Origin: a candidate division WOR-3 bacterium
Lineage (GTDB): Bacteria > Hydrothermota > UBA3072 > B12-G15
Length of the DNA: 39,439 bases
Direction of reading: 5' to 3'
NCBI GenBank assembly: GCA_965649055.1
Contig: CBFGJG010000014.1
Span: 1-39,439 of the forward strand
The translations under genes were made by a program, and so were the position numbers. A model generated the notes under the pieces. It did no database searches. It was not told the DNA's origin and was given only the letters and a program-made list of their open reading frames with translations. This document shows, in pieces, positions 1 through 9,386 of this stretch (positions are counted from its first letter, which is position 1; every line of letters begins with the position of its first letter).

Positions 1-1
1 T

Positions 2-1159
2 GTATCCATTCTCAATAGGTGCCCTCAACCTTATCTCGTTCCCTGTTATGGATGTAGTATCCATATCCATCTCATAATATTTTGAAGTCCCATAAACAAT
101 AGCCTTTCCATTATCAAAATCACACCAGATTGATATCCTGTTCCATTTTTTCTGTTGATATTCATCAATCGTCTTATCAGGGTTATTCAAAGGTGCAAAG
201 AACTTATTAAACAAGACAATGTCAAGTTTCTTACCATTTTGAATTATTGTAATAACACCGGATAAATATTCTGCTTTTCCTGGTATTGAGTCAAGGTAAA
301 CATAAATCTCTATTATCTTCTTTGATAATGTATCAACCATCGGATATTTTACAAAATAGTCTCCACTATTATTATTCGCATATATTTTTAAAGAATAATA
401 AACTCCTACAGTATCATTACCTGTTAAAGGTGACCTCGCATGCTCCTGTGTCCTCGAGATGTAATTATTTACATCATCTACCCTTTCCCATGTAGGAGGA
501 ACATTTGGGTCTGTCCCCGCTTGTTCCATATCCTCATAATCATAAAGGATATCTGCAAATTTAGACCAGTTTGAAGTTGCAAGGAATGTCCTTCTATAAA
601 CAACACCATTATTCCACAGACCATACATCATAGCATTACCAAGTGTAGCACTTGTAAGATTAACAGGTGAAGCACAAACCTGCAGAACATATCCAGGAAG
701 CTGTGTAAGTTGCTGACCTGCCCAGCTTGAACCGGTATTTGTTGTCATATAAACACCATTTGAAGTAGAAAGTAATATCCTTGCAGTTGTTGTTGTCCAT
801 ACATTCTGTATACATGCATCAAGAAGTTCAAGGCCTACCATAGAAGCAAGAAAACCACCATTTGTATAAGAACCTGTCGGGATATCTTTTCTGAAAGAAA
901 GTGTTTCACTTTCTGAAAATTCAGCATCTATCTTATACCATAATCTTTTATTTACAAGGTCAGCTAACAAGAATTTTGGAAGTATTTCTATCTCTTCAAC
1001 CCAGATTATTCCTTTACCAGTTGTATTCTTTGCCATAGTTCCTATTGTCCTGTAGAGTTTGAAGAATCCCTGGTTCTGTGTTATAAAATACCTATTCTGG
1101 TTCAAATCATATGCAAAAAAGACAAGTGGTAGGATTAATAAAAATGATAATTTTCTCAT
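2..1159 (-). CDS. Secreted/surface protein, partial (3' end runs off window start); contains an Asp-box/BNR-like motif
   Basis: Not in the ORF track because the stop lies outside the window. ATG at 1159 with GGAGG RBS at 1166-1170; open frame to position 2. N-terminus MRKLSFLLILLPLVFFAY is a signal peptide; GVYMTTNTGSSW resembles an Asp-box. Directly follows the PorV-like gene. Confidence 0.8.
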   Translation of the reverse strand, partial: MRKLSFLLILPLVFFAYDLNQNRYFITQNQGFFKLYRTIGTMAKNTTGKGIIWVEEIEILPKFLLADLVNKRLWYKIDAEFSESETLSFRKDIPTGSYTNGGFLASMVGLELLDACIQNVWTTTTARILLSTSNGVYMTTNTGSSWAGQQLTQLPGYVLQVCASPVNLTSATLGNAMMYGLWNNGVVYRRTFLATSNWSKFADILYDYEDMEQAGTDPNVPPTWERVDDVNNYISRTQEHARSPLTGNDTVGVYYSLKIYANNNSGDYFVKYPMVDTLSKKIIEIYVYLDSIPGKAEYLSGVITIIQNGKKLDIVLFNKFFAPLNNPDKTIDEYQQKKWNRISIWCDFDNGKAIVYGTSKYYEMDMDTTSITGNEIRLRAPIENGY

Positions 1160-1171
1160 ATATGACCTCCT

Positions 1172-2143
1172 TTAAAATCCCATCTTTAATGAGACACGAT
1201 GAACAAATGGAAGATAACCACCATCAGAGAATGCATAATCAAATCCTATCTTCCCTACATTTATTCCTAAACCTGTATTCAAACCAAGGACACCATCATT
1301 CCTTCCCAATTCGTATCCTACCCTTAAAGCTATCATATTCTGGATAACACCTTCAAGACCTATACAATATCTCGTTGCATTATCACCGGGTGAAGCAATA
1401 TCAAAAGCACCTCTAATTTTAAGCCCTTCTATATCATATAAATTTAATGAAACTCCACCTTTAAACTGCATTGGTAGTGGATATTCTTTAAACTTCTTTG
1501 TAGAATCCACAATAACACCATCTTCCCAGTCATAATAAGAACCAGATGGCCTTGTATCAGGACCAAAATTAAGAAGTGCAATACCTACCTTTAAATCCCT
1601 GAAATTCGTAACATATAATCCACCTATGTCAAGCCCACCACCCCAGATTTCTATAGAACCAAGTTCACCGGGTGGATATTTCTCCCTTAATACCTTTAAC
1701 GAAAACCCGAATGAAAACCTGTCTGTAAGGAATCTGCTGTATGTTGCACCTAACTGATAGGCATAATACGAAATCATCTCACCTGTTTCTTCATTCCCAA
1801 CCATTGTCTTCTCAAAAGAACCTGAATAAAGACCTGTATAAAATATAGCAACATTACCATATAGTCCAAAATCATAACTTACTGAAAGACCCCCATGCAT
1901 AATACCTGTCCACCAGTTATTGTATGCAAAGAAAGTCCCGATACCCTTAGAAAGACTCAGTCCAGCAGGATTCCAGAATACAGCAGAAGGGCCTTCAGCA
2001 AGGGATGCATATGCTTCACCAAGACCAATCGCCCTTGCATCAAGACCAATGTCAAGGAACTTCATTCCATTAAGACCTATCTTCGCAAACTGAGCACTCA
2101 AAACTGAACATAAAAGCAATAGTAAAAGTATACTCTTTTTCAT
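1172..2143 (-). CDS. PorV/PorQ-family (UPF0164-like) outer-membrane beta-barrel protein
   Basis: Signal peptide; signature FLDIGLDARAIGLGEAY...AVFWNPAGL; alternating beta-strand pattern; C-terminal HRVSLKMGF with terminal Phe. Confidence 0.85.
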   Translation of the reverse strand: MKKSILLLLLLCSVLSAQFAKIGLNGMKFLDIGLDARAIGLGEAYASLAEGPSAVFWNPAGLSLSKGIGTFFAYNNWWTGIMHGGLSVSYDFGLYGNVAIFYTGLYSGSFEKTMVGNEETGEMISYYAYQLGATYSRFLTDRFSFGFSLKVLREKYPPGELGSIEIWGGGLDIGGLYVTNFRDLKVGIALLNFGPDTRPSGSYYDWEDGVIVDSTKKFKEYPLPMQFKGGVSLNLYDIEGLKIRGAFDIASPGDNATRYCIGLEGVIQNMIALRVGYELGRNDGVLGLNTGLGINVGKIGFDYAFSDGGYLPFVHRVSLKMGF

Positions 2144-2151
2144 CTTCCCTC

Positions 2152-4224
2152 CTACCTTAAAATAATGAATTTATCAACTTTATAGTCAACCAATTTTCCA
2201 GACTGGTCATATTGTTCCACCTTGTATATGTAAAGCCCACTTGCAACCTTAATATCAGCACTTGATACCATATTCCAGAATAACGTTCCTATAGGTGCCC
2301 TATTCTCCATCTCGTAAACTTTATCTCCACTAACTGTATAAATTATAACCCTTGCATTTGCAGGAAGGTTTGTGAATGCAATCTTGTCCTCATACTGTGG
2401 TTCCCAGGAAGCAGAACCATAATATGGATTGGGAACAACTTTTACATTATCAAGTGTAGATGAAGCAGGTGGTAACAGTATCAATGGAACAGGGGCACCT
2501 TTGGCATCTTTCTTATAATTTATCTGCCCTGTTTCAAGTGAAGGAATAACCTGTGGTGATGTTCTTCCAATATCATAAGCAGTAACTGCATAATAATACG
2601 GTATACCGGGTGTTAAGGTAGAATCTATGAAACTATGCTGAACATTGTTCTTATCAAATTCAGCAAGTAATTCCCAACCAACAGGTTTCCAGGTTGCCCT
2701 ATAGACCCTGTATCCAGCAAAATCAAGCAAACCATCTATTGGGTCAGGTGTTTTCTCTGCCTTATCATCCCATCTTAACTCCACCTTTCCTTCATCTATA
2801 TAATATGTAAGTTCAGGAACCTCTGGCGGTAATGGAATAAGCCAGTGGACATCCTCATCAGGTGCAGATGGATGAGCAGGGTCTGAATTCTGTGAACCCA
2901 TATAGTATGCCATCATTGCTGCATCTGCTACCTGCCTTGCACCAAGGACATATCCATTACCAAACTTAATGTCCTCACCACCATTTAGTCCATAACCAAC
3001 ACCTGCTGCAAATACGAGTTTTAGAGTTTCACCATCTGCAATCTGGAAAGGACCTGATGTTAACAAGAATCTATAGTCAAATGTTGCTGCATTCACATCA
3101 TATGGAATAGGCATAAAGTAATAACCCAAACTCATATCATGTGTTGCAGACATATATTGATATTTGTTCTCATCTGTTCCCGGGTCATTGTTCCAGTTCC
3201 ACCACTGGTGTGAATAAACAGTAGGAACCCTTGAACCAGCACCATAAACATCATACCAGTCAAATTTTGCAGGTGGTGCATATATAAGCCTGCCAAATAT
3301 ATAACCTGCACAACCACCACCCTCTGTTTTATCATTCTCAGGTGTGGTTGGGTCATCATCATCATATATATAACTCATATTCCTTGGTATGTAATACTTT
3401 GTACCTGGTGTTAATAAAGTTTCATCAGGGTCATCACCCCAAATCTGATACTGGTCAGGAACACCATCAGGTTCTTCAAGTGTTGTATCTGAAAGGATTG
3501 TATAATTATCAGTTGGGCTTGGACAATAAGCAAAATTCGTCCATTCACCCCTTGTATCACCATCAAATGAAACCATATCATCTATGTGTGGATTTGTCTC
3601 ATCATAATCGCAGTTGTCAGCATCAAAGCATATTGATACAAAAACATTTTTTAAGATTGTAGGTGCTGTAACACCTGTAATGTTGAATTTACTCTTATTA
3701 TAAACAATATATAATTCATAACCGATAAACTGGTCAAATGGTTTAACACTCCATTGGTATGCCTTTTGAATAACCTTAAGACCTAATTTATATGAATTGC
3801 TGTAATAACCTTCATAATCCTGATAAATTGACACGATGTCCTGCTGTGATTTTTTGTAAGGAAGTGTTATCCATCCACAGTTTTCAGCTGGATCTTCTGA
3901 TGGCGAAAACTCGTAAGAACCATAATCAGCATGGGAAACATAAATATTCTCACCAACCTTAGCACCTATCCAAAGACGACCTTCCCATTGATAATAATAC
4001 CCAAGACCACCCGGCCAGTCAAAGGATGGGTTTCCTGTCTGGTCCGCATTAGGGTCACCAAATACACCATAGTTTGATTCAACTGTCCAGACACTTCCAG
4101 TTGTATGTGCCTTAAAATCAGGTGTGCATGCCTTTGTATTTAGACCCTGATTATTGTAGGTATTTACATTCCTTGCATTTACAAGAATAAAAATAAGAAG
4201 TAAAGCGATTAAATATCTTTTCAT
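2152..4224 (-). CDS. Secreted protein with FN3-like domain and C-terminal T9SS type-A-like/FlgD-Ig sorting domain
   Basis: Signal peptide; FN3-like VELRWD...FAGYRVYR...YYYAVTAYD; C-terminal VKVVPNPY...IAFTNLP...IYTVSGDKV...WN...VASGLYIYKV...KFIILR. Confidence 0.8.
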   Translation of the reverse strand: MKRYLIALLLIFILVNARNVNTYNNQGLNTKACTPDFKAHTTGSVWTVESNYGVFGDPNADQTGNPSFDWPGGLGYYYQWEGRLWIGAKVGENIYVSHADYGSYEFSPSEDPAENCGWITLPYKKSQQDIVSIYQDYEGYYSNSYKLGLKVIQKAYQWSVKPFDQFIGYELYIVYNKSKFNITGVTAPTILKNVFVSICFDADNCDYDETNPHIDDMVSFDGDTRGEWTNFAYCPSPTDNYTILSDTTLEEPDGVPDQYQIWGDDPDETLLTPGTKYYIPRNMSYIYDDDDPTTPENDKTEGGGCAGYIFGRLIYAPPAKFDWYDVYGAGSRVPTVYSHQWWNWNNDPGTDENKYQYMSATHDMSLGYYFMPIPYDVNAATFDYRFLLTSGPFQIADGETLKLVFAAGVGYGLNGGEDIKFGNGYVLGARQVADAAMMAYYMGSQNSDPAHPSAPDEDVHWLIPLPPEVPELTYYIDEGKVELRWDDKAEKTPDPIDGLLDFAGYRVYRATWKPVGWELLAEFDKNNVQHSFIDSTLTPGIPYYYAVTAYDIGRTSPQVIPSLETGQINYKKDAKGAPVPLILLPPASSTLDNVKVVPNPYYGSASWEPQYEDKIAFTNLPANARVIIYTVSGDKVYEMENRAPIGTLFWNMVSSADIKVASGLYIYKVEQYDQSGKLVDYKVDKFIILR

Positions 4225-4233
4225 ATTTCCTCC

Positions 4234-7062
4234 TTAAAATCTGAATTCAAGACCTATCCTCATAAATCTTCTCGGATCAATCACCGTTGGATTTCTGTAT
4301 GAACCCATTGCAGCAAGGACAAGGTCATCATGGTCTTCTGAAAGTCCTTCATCATTAATTCCATCGTTATTTTCATCTTTCCCGACAAAACCGTCTTTAT
4401 CATTATCATATGCCTTCTTTGCATTATACCAGCTTTCATCTGAAAGGCCATTTATATTCAAAACATCAAAAAGATTATAAATATCAAAGAAAGCACCAAG
4501 GTTCACCTTGCCAATGCTGAAATAATAATAAGACCTCATATCAGTGCTTATTGTGTAAGGAAGTCTTTCCTCGTTTATCCTCTGAACCCTTGACCTTGAA
4601 GGTGGTGTCCAGGGTAATCCGGAACCATAGCTTGTAAGAAGGTTTACAGCGAATGCACCAAAATCAAGTCCGATTCCGAAATTCAATGTATGCCTCTGGT
4701 CCCAGTCAAGATAGTGTTCTTCCTGTGGGACAACATAACCTGCCCAGATATAGTCATAATTCTGTCTGTCTGAAGAAGACTTACCACGTGCGATACTGAA
4801 GGTGTATGATATGTTGAGTGTTAATGGTCCAAGAATTGTTCCACCTGCAACCTTATTTATTGCAACCTCAATCCCTTTCGCTGTTCCATAGTCTGCATTT
4901 GAGTATATTGTGTAATAATTTGCAGGTGTATAAAAATACCTCTTTGTATCTGTCAATCCAGTAATATCCTTCATATATGCATTTACATCCATTTTTATAT
5001 ATTCAGAGAATGCATGCTTCAAACCAACCTCATATGCAATGGTCTTTTCTGCATCTATATCAGGATTTCCAACCATCGGGAATGCACCTGAAAAGTCCCA
5101 GTTTTTGTTCGTATAAAGAATCCTCATTGGTGGAACCTGGAAGTAATGTCCGTATGTAAAATGTAAAACATCATATTCTGTTATCGGGAACGAGAAACCA
5201 AGCCTTGGTGATAATTTCCATTTCAAAGATGTCCTAACAGGGTCTTTTATCTCGCCACCTGAAGCAACGTCAGTAACAGGGTTGTATGGGTCTTTAGGAA
5301 CATAACCATTTGGATTGAATAAGTCAAACCTCATTCCCGCATTCACTACAAAATCCTTGAATTCCATCTTGTCCTGAACATACATTGCATACTGGGAAGG
5401 ATAACTTGTAACATATGTCATATAAACATTACCACCGGAAGCCATATCAGCACCATAGTTGAATATATCATAATATTTTGCTTCAAAACCTGTCTTGAAT
5501 TGATGTTCCCTTGTTACCTGTGAAACAAGGTCTGCCTTTACAGTCCAGTTTTTCTTTATGTCATAATGATAACAGAGTCTATAATAACCACGAACAACAA
5601 AACCATTCTGGTCGCCTGTCCTCCTGTATGGATAATTAGAAAGTTCTGGCCAGTACCAGTCTGTCTCGGTCCCATTTATCTCTACCTTTTTATCATTATC
5701 AATATCTGAAAAATCATCTATACCATCTTTATCTGTTGGAACACTTACATATATTGTATCACCTGTATATTGGTCAACTTTCATAACAACCTGTGTTGTA
5801 TCTGTGTTATTTATATATCCGTCTCTATTAAGGTCAAATGAACCATCCTCAAATATATCCCAGAATTGTTCTGTTGTATAATTATTAATCTTCAATTCCC
5901 AGAATGTGGTAGGTGTTATTGCGTGTGATAGATTGAATGCATAAGAGTATGTCATTTCTTCTGGGGCATAAAGATTTTTTAGATTAAACTTCCAGGAAGC
6001 ACCATAAAGTTTATAATTTCTTCTTGTGTAAAGTCCACTTATATTAAATTTCAATGTTGGTGTTGCATACAAAGTCAATTTACCATTATAAGAATAAATC
6101 TTATCATCTCCATTTGCATAATGTCCAAAAGTGTTTGTCAACTCACCTGAAAATAGGAAGAAAGCCCTTTTTGGAATTATTGGTGTTGAAAAAAGGAAGT
6201 CGAATCTCTTCATCTTTTCCTGTCTCACATCAAGAAGTGAATCTGCTATGAATGAATCCGTCTCGCCACTTGAGGTTTTGTATGTCTGCCACCTGTAATC
6301 CCATTTATAATTCTTATCGAAGAATTTCTGTAATCCTTCAACACCGAACATATCTGAAGTCCTGAATTTCACATTCATTGAAAGTTTAGGGATCTCTTTT
6401 GTCACGATGTTTATTACACCGGATTGTGCAGAACCATATTCTGCACCGAAACCACCTGTGAATACAGATGTCTCCTGAACAGATATCTGCGGAACATGTG
6501 AATCAAATCCACCTGTATAAGGGTCCCTCAATTCAACACCATCAACGATGTAAACAACCTCAGTTGCCCTACCACCTCTTACATGAATTGCTCCTGTATT
6601 TACAACACCGGGTGTCTGGATAACCGCACCCTGAACTGTGTTAATCGGAAGCTGTCTCATTGTCTTCTCGTCAACAATTGCAACTGATGTTGTCACATCC
6701 TTCCTTATAACAGGTTCTTTTGCGACAACTTCGATACCTGTTGTGAGTTCGATAACAGTCTGAGAAAGCGGAAATTCAAGTGTTACCGTGAGGTCTGCAA
6801 CAACAACAACATCTTTGATTGTGTAATCCTGATAACCTATCATGGAAGCCTTAATATTGTATTTTCCTGCAGGCACATTCAGGATTACAAAATATCCATC
6901 AACATCTGTTGCAGCACCCATAGTTGTTCCTTCAATCATCACGTTAACACCAGGAAGACCTGTTTTCGTCTCCTTATCATATACCTTTCCTACAATTTTT
7001 CCTGTTGTCCCGGCAAAAACTCCGAAGGCAACAAGAATTAGTAATAAAGTCCATTTACGCAT
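4234..7062 (-). CDS. TonB-dependent receptor with N-terminal carboxypeptidase-regulatory-like domain
   Basis: GTTGKIVGKVYD...LPGVNV...GAATDVDG; plug IHVRGGR...YIVDG...GGFGAEYGSAQSGVINIVTK; barrel SPRLGFSFPIT, GNPDIDAEKTIAYEVG; C-terminal PRRFMRIGLEFRF. Confidence 0.92.
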   Translation of the reverse strand: MRKWTLLLILVAFGVFAGTTGKIVGKVYDKETKTGLPGVNVMIEGTTMGAATDVDGYFVILNVPAGKYNIKASMIGYQDYTIKDVVVVADLTVTLEFPLSQTVIELTTGIEVVAKEPVIRKDVTTSVAIVDEKTMRQLPINTVQGAVIQTPGVVNTGAIHVRGGRATEVVYIVDGVELRDPYTGGFDSHVPQISVQETSVFTGGFGAEYGSAQSGVINIVTKEIPKLSMNVKFRTSDMFGVEGLQKFFDKNYKWDYRWQTYKTSSGETDSFIADSLLDVRQEKMKRFDFLFSTPIIPKRAFFLFSGELTNTFGHYANGDDKIYSYNGKLTLYATPTLKFNISGLYTRRNYKLYGASWKFNLKNLYAPEEMTYSYAFNLSHAITPTTFWELKINNYTTEQFWDIFEDGSFDLNRDGYINNTDTTQVVMKVDQYTGDTIYVSVPTDKDGIDDFSDIDNDKKVEINGTETDWYWPELSNYPYRRTGDQNGFVVRGYYRLCYHYDIKKNWTVKADLVSQVTREHQFKTGFEAKYYDIFNYGADMASGGNVYMTYVTSYPSQYAMYVQDKMEFKDFVVNAGMRFDLFNPNGYVPKDPYNPVTDVASGGEIKDPVRTSLKWKLSPRLGFSFPITEYDVLHFTYGHYFQVPPMRILYTNKNWDFSGAFPMVGNPDIDAEKTIAYEVGLKHAFSEYIKMDVNAYMKDITGLTDTKRYFYTPANYYTIYSNADYGTAKGIEVAINKVAGGTILGPLTLNISYTFSIARGKSSSDRQNYDYIWAGYVVPQEEHYLDWDQRHTLNFGIGLDFGAFAVNLLTSYGSGLPWTPPSRSRVQRINEERLPYTISTDMRSYYYFSIGKVNLGAFFDIYNLFDVLNINGLSDESWYNAKKAYDNDKDGFVGKDENNDGINDEGLSEDHDDLVLAAMGSYRNPTVIDPRRFMRIGLEFRF

Positions 7063-7090
7063 ATTACCCCCTTTGTTTTCTTGTAAATAA

Positions 7091-7118
7091 AAGTTAATGA
7101 TAAATGAATATTTGTCAA
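7091..7118 (-). promoter_or_regulatory. Putative sigma70 promoter for the TonB receptor cassette
   Basis: TTGACA (7113-7118), 16 nt, TAACTT (7091-7096); A-tract upstream. Confidence 0.5.
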
Positions 7119-7140
7119 GTTTTTTTTAAAAATTTTTTTA

Positions 7141-8229
7141 TTACTCTTTACCTTTATCAACCCTGTTCTCGGTTTTGCTAAACATCTCTTCAAGCTCTTC
7201 CGGGTCAGGTGAACCATTCAAAGCCTCTGCAAAAGTAATATTACCTTTCGAAACAAGTTCAAGTAAAGACATATTCATGGTCTTCATACCTTCTTTTGTC
7301 CGTGTTTGCATCACAGATGGAAGTTGATGGGTTTTCGCCTCTCTAATGAGTTTTCTAACTGCTGCAATCGAAATCATTATCTCAAAAGCAGGAACAAGAC
7401 CTGTTCCATCTTTTTTCTTTAATAGAATCTGTGATACAACACCAATAAGATTTGAACTCATCTGCAATCTTATCTGCCTTTGCTGGAATGGAGGGAACAC
7501 ATCTATTACCCTATCAATCGTTTCAACTGCATTGTTTGTATGAAGACTTGATAGAACAAGGTGTCCTGTTTCCGCAGCAGTTATTGCTAATGATATTGTT
7601 TCAAGGTCCCTCATCTCACCAACCACTATTACATCCGGATCCTGCCTCAATGAATATTTTAATGCATTTGCAAAGCTCCTTGTATCTCTACCAACCTCCC
7701 TTTGGTCTATAGATGCCTTGTCATTCTTGAAAACAAACTCAATAGGGTCTTCAATAGTAATGATATGACAGGGTTCTCTTTTGTTTCTGTATTCAACCAT
7801 TGAAGCGATAGTTGTTGATTTTCCGCAACCAGAAGGACCTGTTACAAGGACAAGACCTCTCGGTCTCATCGCAAAATCTTTAAGGATAGATGGGTAGTTA
7901 TCTTCTAATCTGGGAATTTCCTGCGGTATTCTTCTAAATATAATCCCTATGCTCCTCCTCTGTCTTAGGAAATTTATCCTGAATCTTGAAAGATTTGGGA
8001 CATTAACTGCGACATCAGATTCATTTGTTGCTATAAAGTTCTGGAATTGTTCTTCTGTTAAGATGTTCTTTGCAACATTCAGTGTATCTTCAGGCTCTAT
8101 GATTGAATGTTCTTCTAATTTATAAAGTTCACCAAATATTCTGAAAACAGGTTTCGAACCGACTTTCAAGATAAGGTCCGATGCATTCTTCGTTACCATC
8201 ATTTTTAAAAGCTCACCAATCTTTACCAT
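7141..8229 (-). CDS. pilT: Type IV pilus retraction ATPase, PilT/PilU family
   Basis: ASDLILKVG, Walker A GPSGCGKST, TIEDPIE, LRQDPDVIVVGEMRD, His box ETGHLVLSSLHT, AVRKLIRE. Confidence 0.9.
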   Translation of the reverse strand: MVKIGELLKMMVTKNASDLILKVGSKPVFRIFGELYKLEEHSIIEPEDTLNVAKNILTEEQFQNFIATNESDVAVNVPNLSRFRINFLRQRRSIGIIFRRIPQEIPRLEDNYPSILKDFAMRPRGLVLVTGPSGCGKSTTIASMVEYRNKREPCHIITIEDPIEFVFKNDKASIDQREVGRDTRSFANALKYSLRQDPDVIVVGEMRDLETISLAITAAETGHLVLSSLHTNNAVETIDRVIDVFPPFQQRQIRLQMSSNLIGVVSQILLKKKDGTGLVPAFEIMISIAAVRKLIREAKTHQLPSVMQTRTKEGMKTMNMSLLELVSKGNITFAEALNGSPDPEELEEMFSKTENRVDKGKE

Positions 8230-8230
8230 A

Positions 8231-9295
8231 TCACATCCTTGTTATTGAAGATTCAAATTCAACTGGATTCGAAGCCTTTGCAAGTGCATCTTCATAATTC
8301 ACAAGACCCCTCAAATAGAGCTCTTTTAAAGATTGATCCAGTAGTTTCATACCGTATTTTCCGCCAGATTGAATGAGATTATAAATCTGGTCAACCTTTC
8401 CTTCCCTTATTGAACTCTTCACAGCAGGCGTTACAATGAGTATCTCAAAAGCAGGAATCCTTCCTTTACCTGTTGCAAGTGGAAGTAATGTCTGAGAAAC
8501 AACCGCTTTCAATGTATTTGCAAGCTGTAATCTCACCTGATGCTGCTGTTCTGGCGGGAATATATCAACAATTCTATCAACTGTCTGTGCAGCGTCTGTT
8601 GTATGTAATGTTGCAAATACGAGTGAACCCATCTCTGCTGCTGTTAAAGCCCTTGATATTGTTTCAAGGTCCCTCATCTCACCAACCATTATCACATCTG
8701 GAGATTGTCTGACAACCCTTTTTAATGCTTCAGAGAATGAAAATGTATCAACACCTATCTCCCTTTGCTCAATCGTGCAAAGTTTGTCTTCAAATATGAA
8801 CTCAATAGGGTCTTCAATAGTAATAATATGTCTTTTATACTTTCTGTTCATATATTCTATCATTGCAGATAATGTTGTTGACTTGCCACTTCCAGTCGGG
8901 CCTGTGACAAGGACAAAACCTTTGTTATAATCTGCAATGGTCTCGAGTATTTCCGGAAGACCCCATTCCCTTATGGTTTTAACCTTTATTGGTATTGCCC
9001 TTATAGCTGCGCCAATAGTTCCTTTCTGCAAGAAAAGATTTATCCTGAACCTTGAAACCCCTTTTATCTCATATGATAGATCCAGTTCAAGTTCTTTCTT
9101 GAATCTGTTCTTCTGTATATCATTCATCATTGAAAAGAAAGTATCTTTGATGAATTGTGGTGTATTAACAGGATATTTTGTCATCCTGACAAGTCTACCG
9201 TCAATCCTGAAAAGTGGATATTCATCACATTTCAAGTGAAGGTCGGAACCACCAACCTTCACAAGCTCTTCAAGCATCTTTATCAATTCATCCAT
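8231..9295 (-). CDS. pilT: Type IV pilus retraction ATPase, PilT family paralog
   Basis: GSDLHL, Walker A GPTGSGKST, TIEDPIE, RQSPDVIMVGEMRD, ATLHT, AVKSSIRE. Confidence 0.9.
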   Translation of the reverse strand: MDELIKMLEELVKVGGSDLHLKCDEYPLFRIDGRLVRMTKYPVNTPQFIKDTFFSMMNDIQKNRFKKELELDLSYEIKGVSRFRINLFLQKGTIGAAIRAIPIKVKTIREWGLPEILETIADYNKGFVLVTGPTGSGKSTTLSAMIEYMNRKYKRHIITIEDPIEFIFEDKLCTIEQREIGVDTFSFSEALKRVVRQSPDVIMVGEMRDLETISRALTAAEMGSLVFATLHTTDAAQTVDRIVDIFPPEQQHQVRLQLANTLKAVVSQTLLPLATGKGRIPAFEILIVTPAVKSSIREGKVDQIYNLIQSGGKYGMKLLDQSLKELYLRGLVNYEDALAKASNPVEFESSITRM

Positions 9296-9313
9296 AATTC
9301 ACCCTTCTTTTCA

Positions 9314-9386
9314 CGCACCCGAAAGGAATTGAACCTTCAACCTTCCCGTCCGGAGCGGGACGCTCTATCCTTTGAGCTACGGGTGC
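9314..9386 (-). tRNA. tRNA-Arg(CCG), CCA not encoded
   Basis: Folds as GCACCCG acceptor / GCTC-AAAGGATA-GAGC D arm (A20 Arg determinant) / TCCCG-CTCCGGA-CGGGA anticodon arm / GAAGG-TTCAATT-CCTTT T arm / CGGGTGC-G. Confidence 0.95.

Noticed and set aside
286..495. Short plus-strand ORFs at 286-495 and 1111-1347
   Set aside because: Shadows of the long minus-strand frame 2-1159 and the PorV gene.
7119..7140. T/A tracts in intergenic gaps as intrinsic terminators (also 18832-18840, 33475-33486)
   Set aside because: No GC-rich hairpin; better explained as UP-element-like A-tracts upstream of -35 boxes.
9314..9386. tRNA as a prophage/island attachment site
   Set aside because: No integrase, no duplicated tRNA 3' end and no compositional shift noticed in the window.
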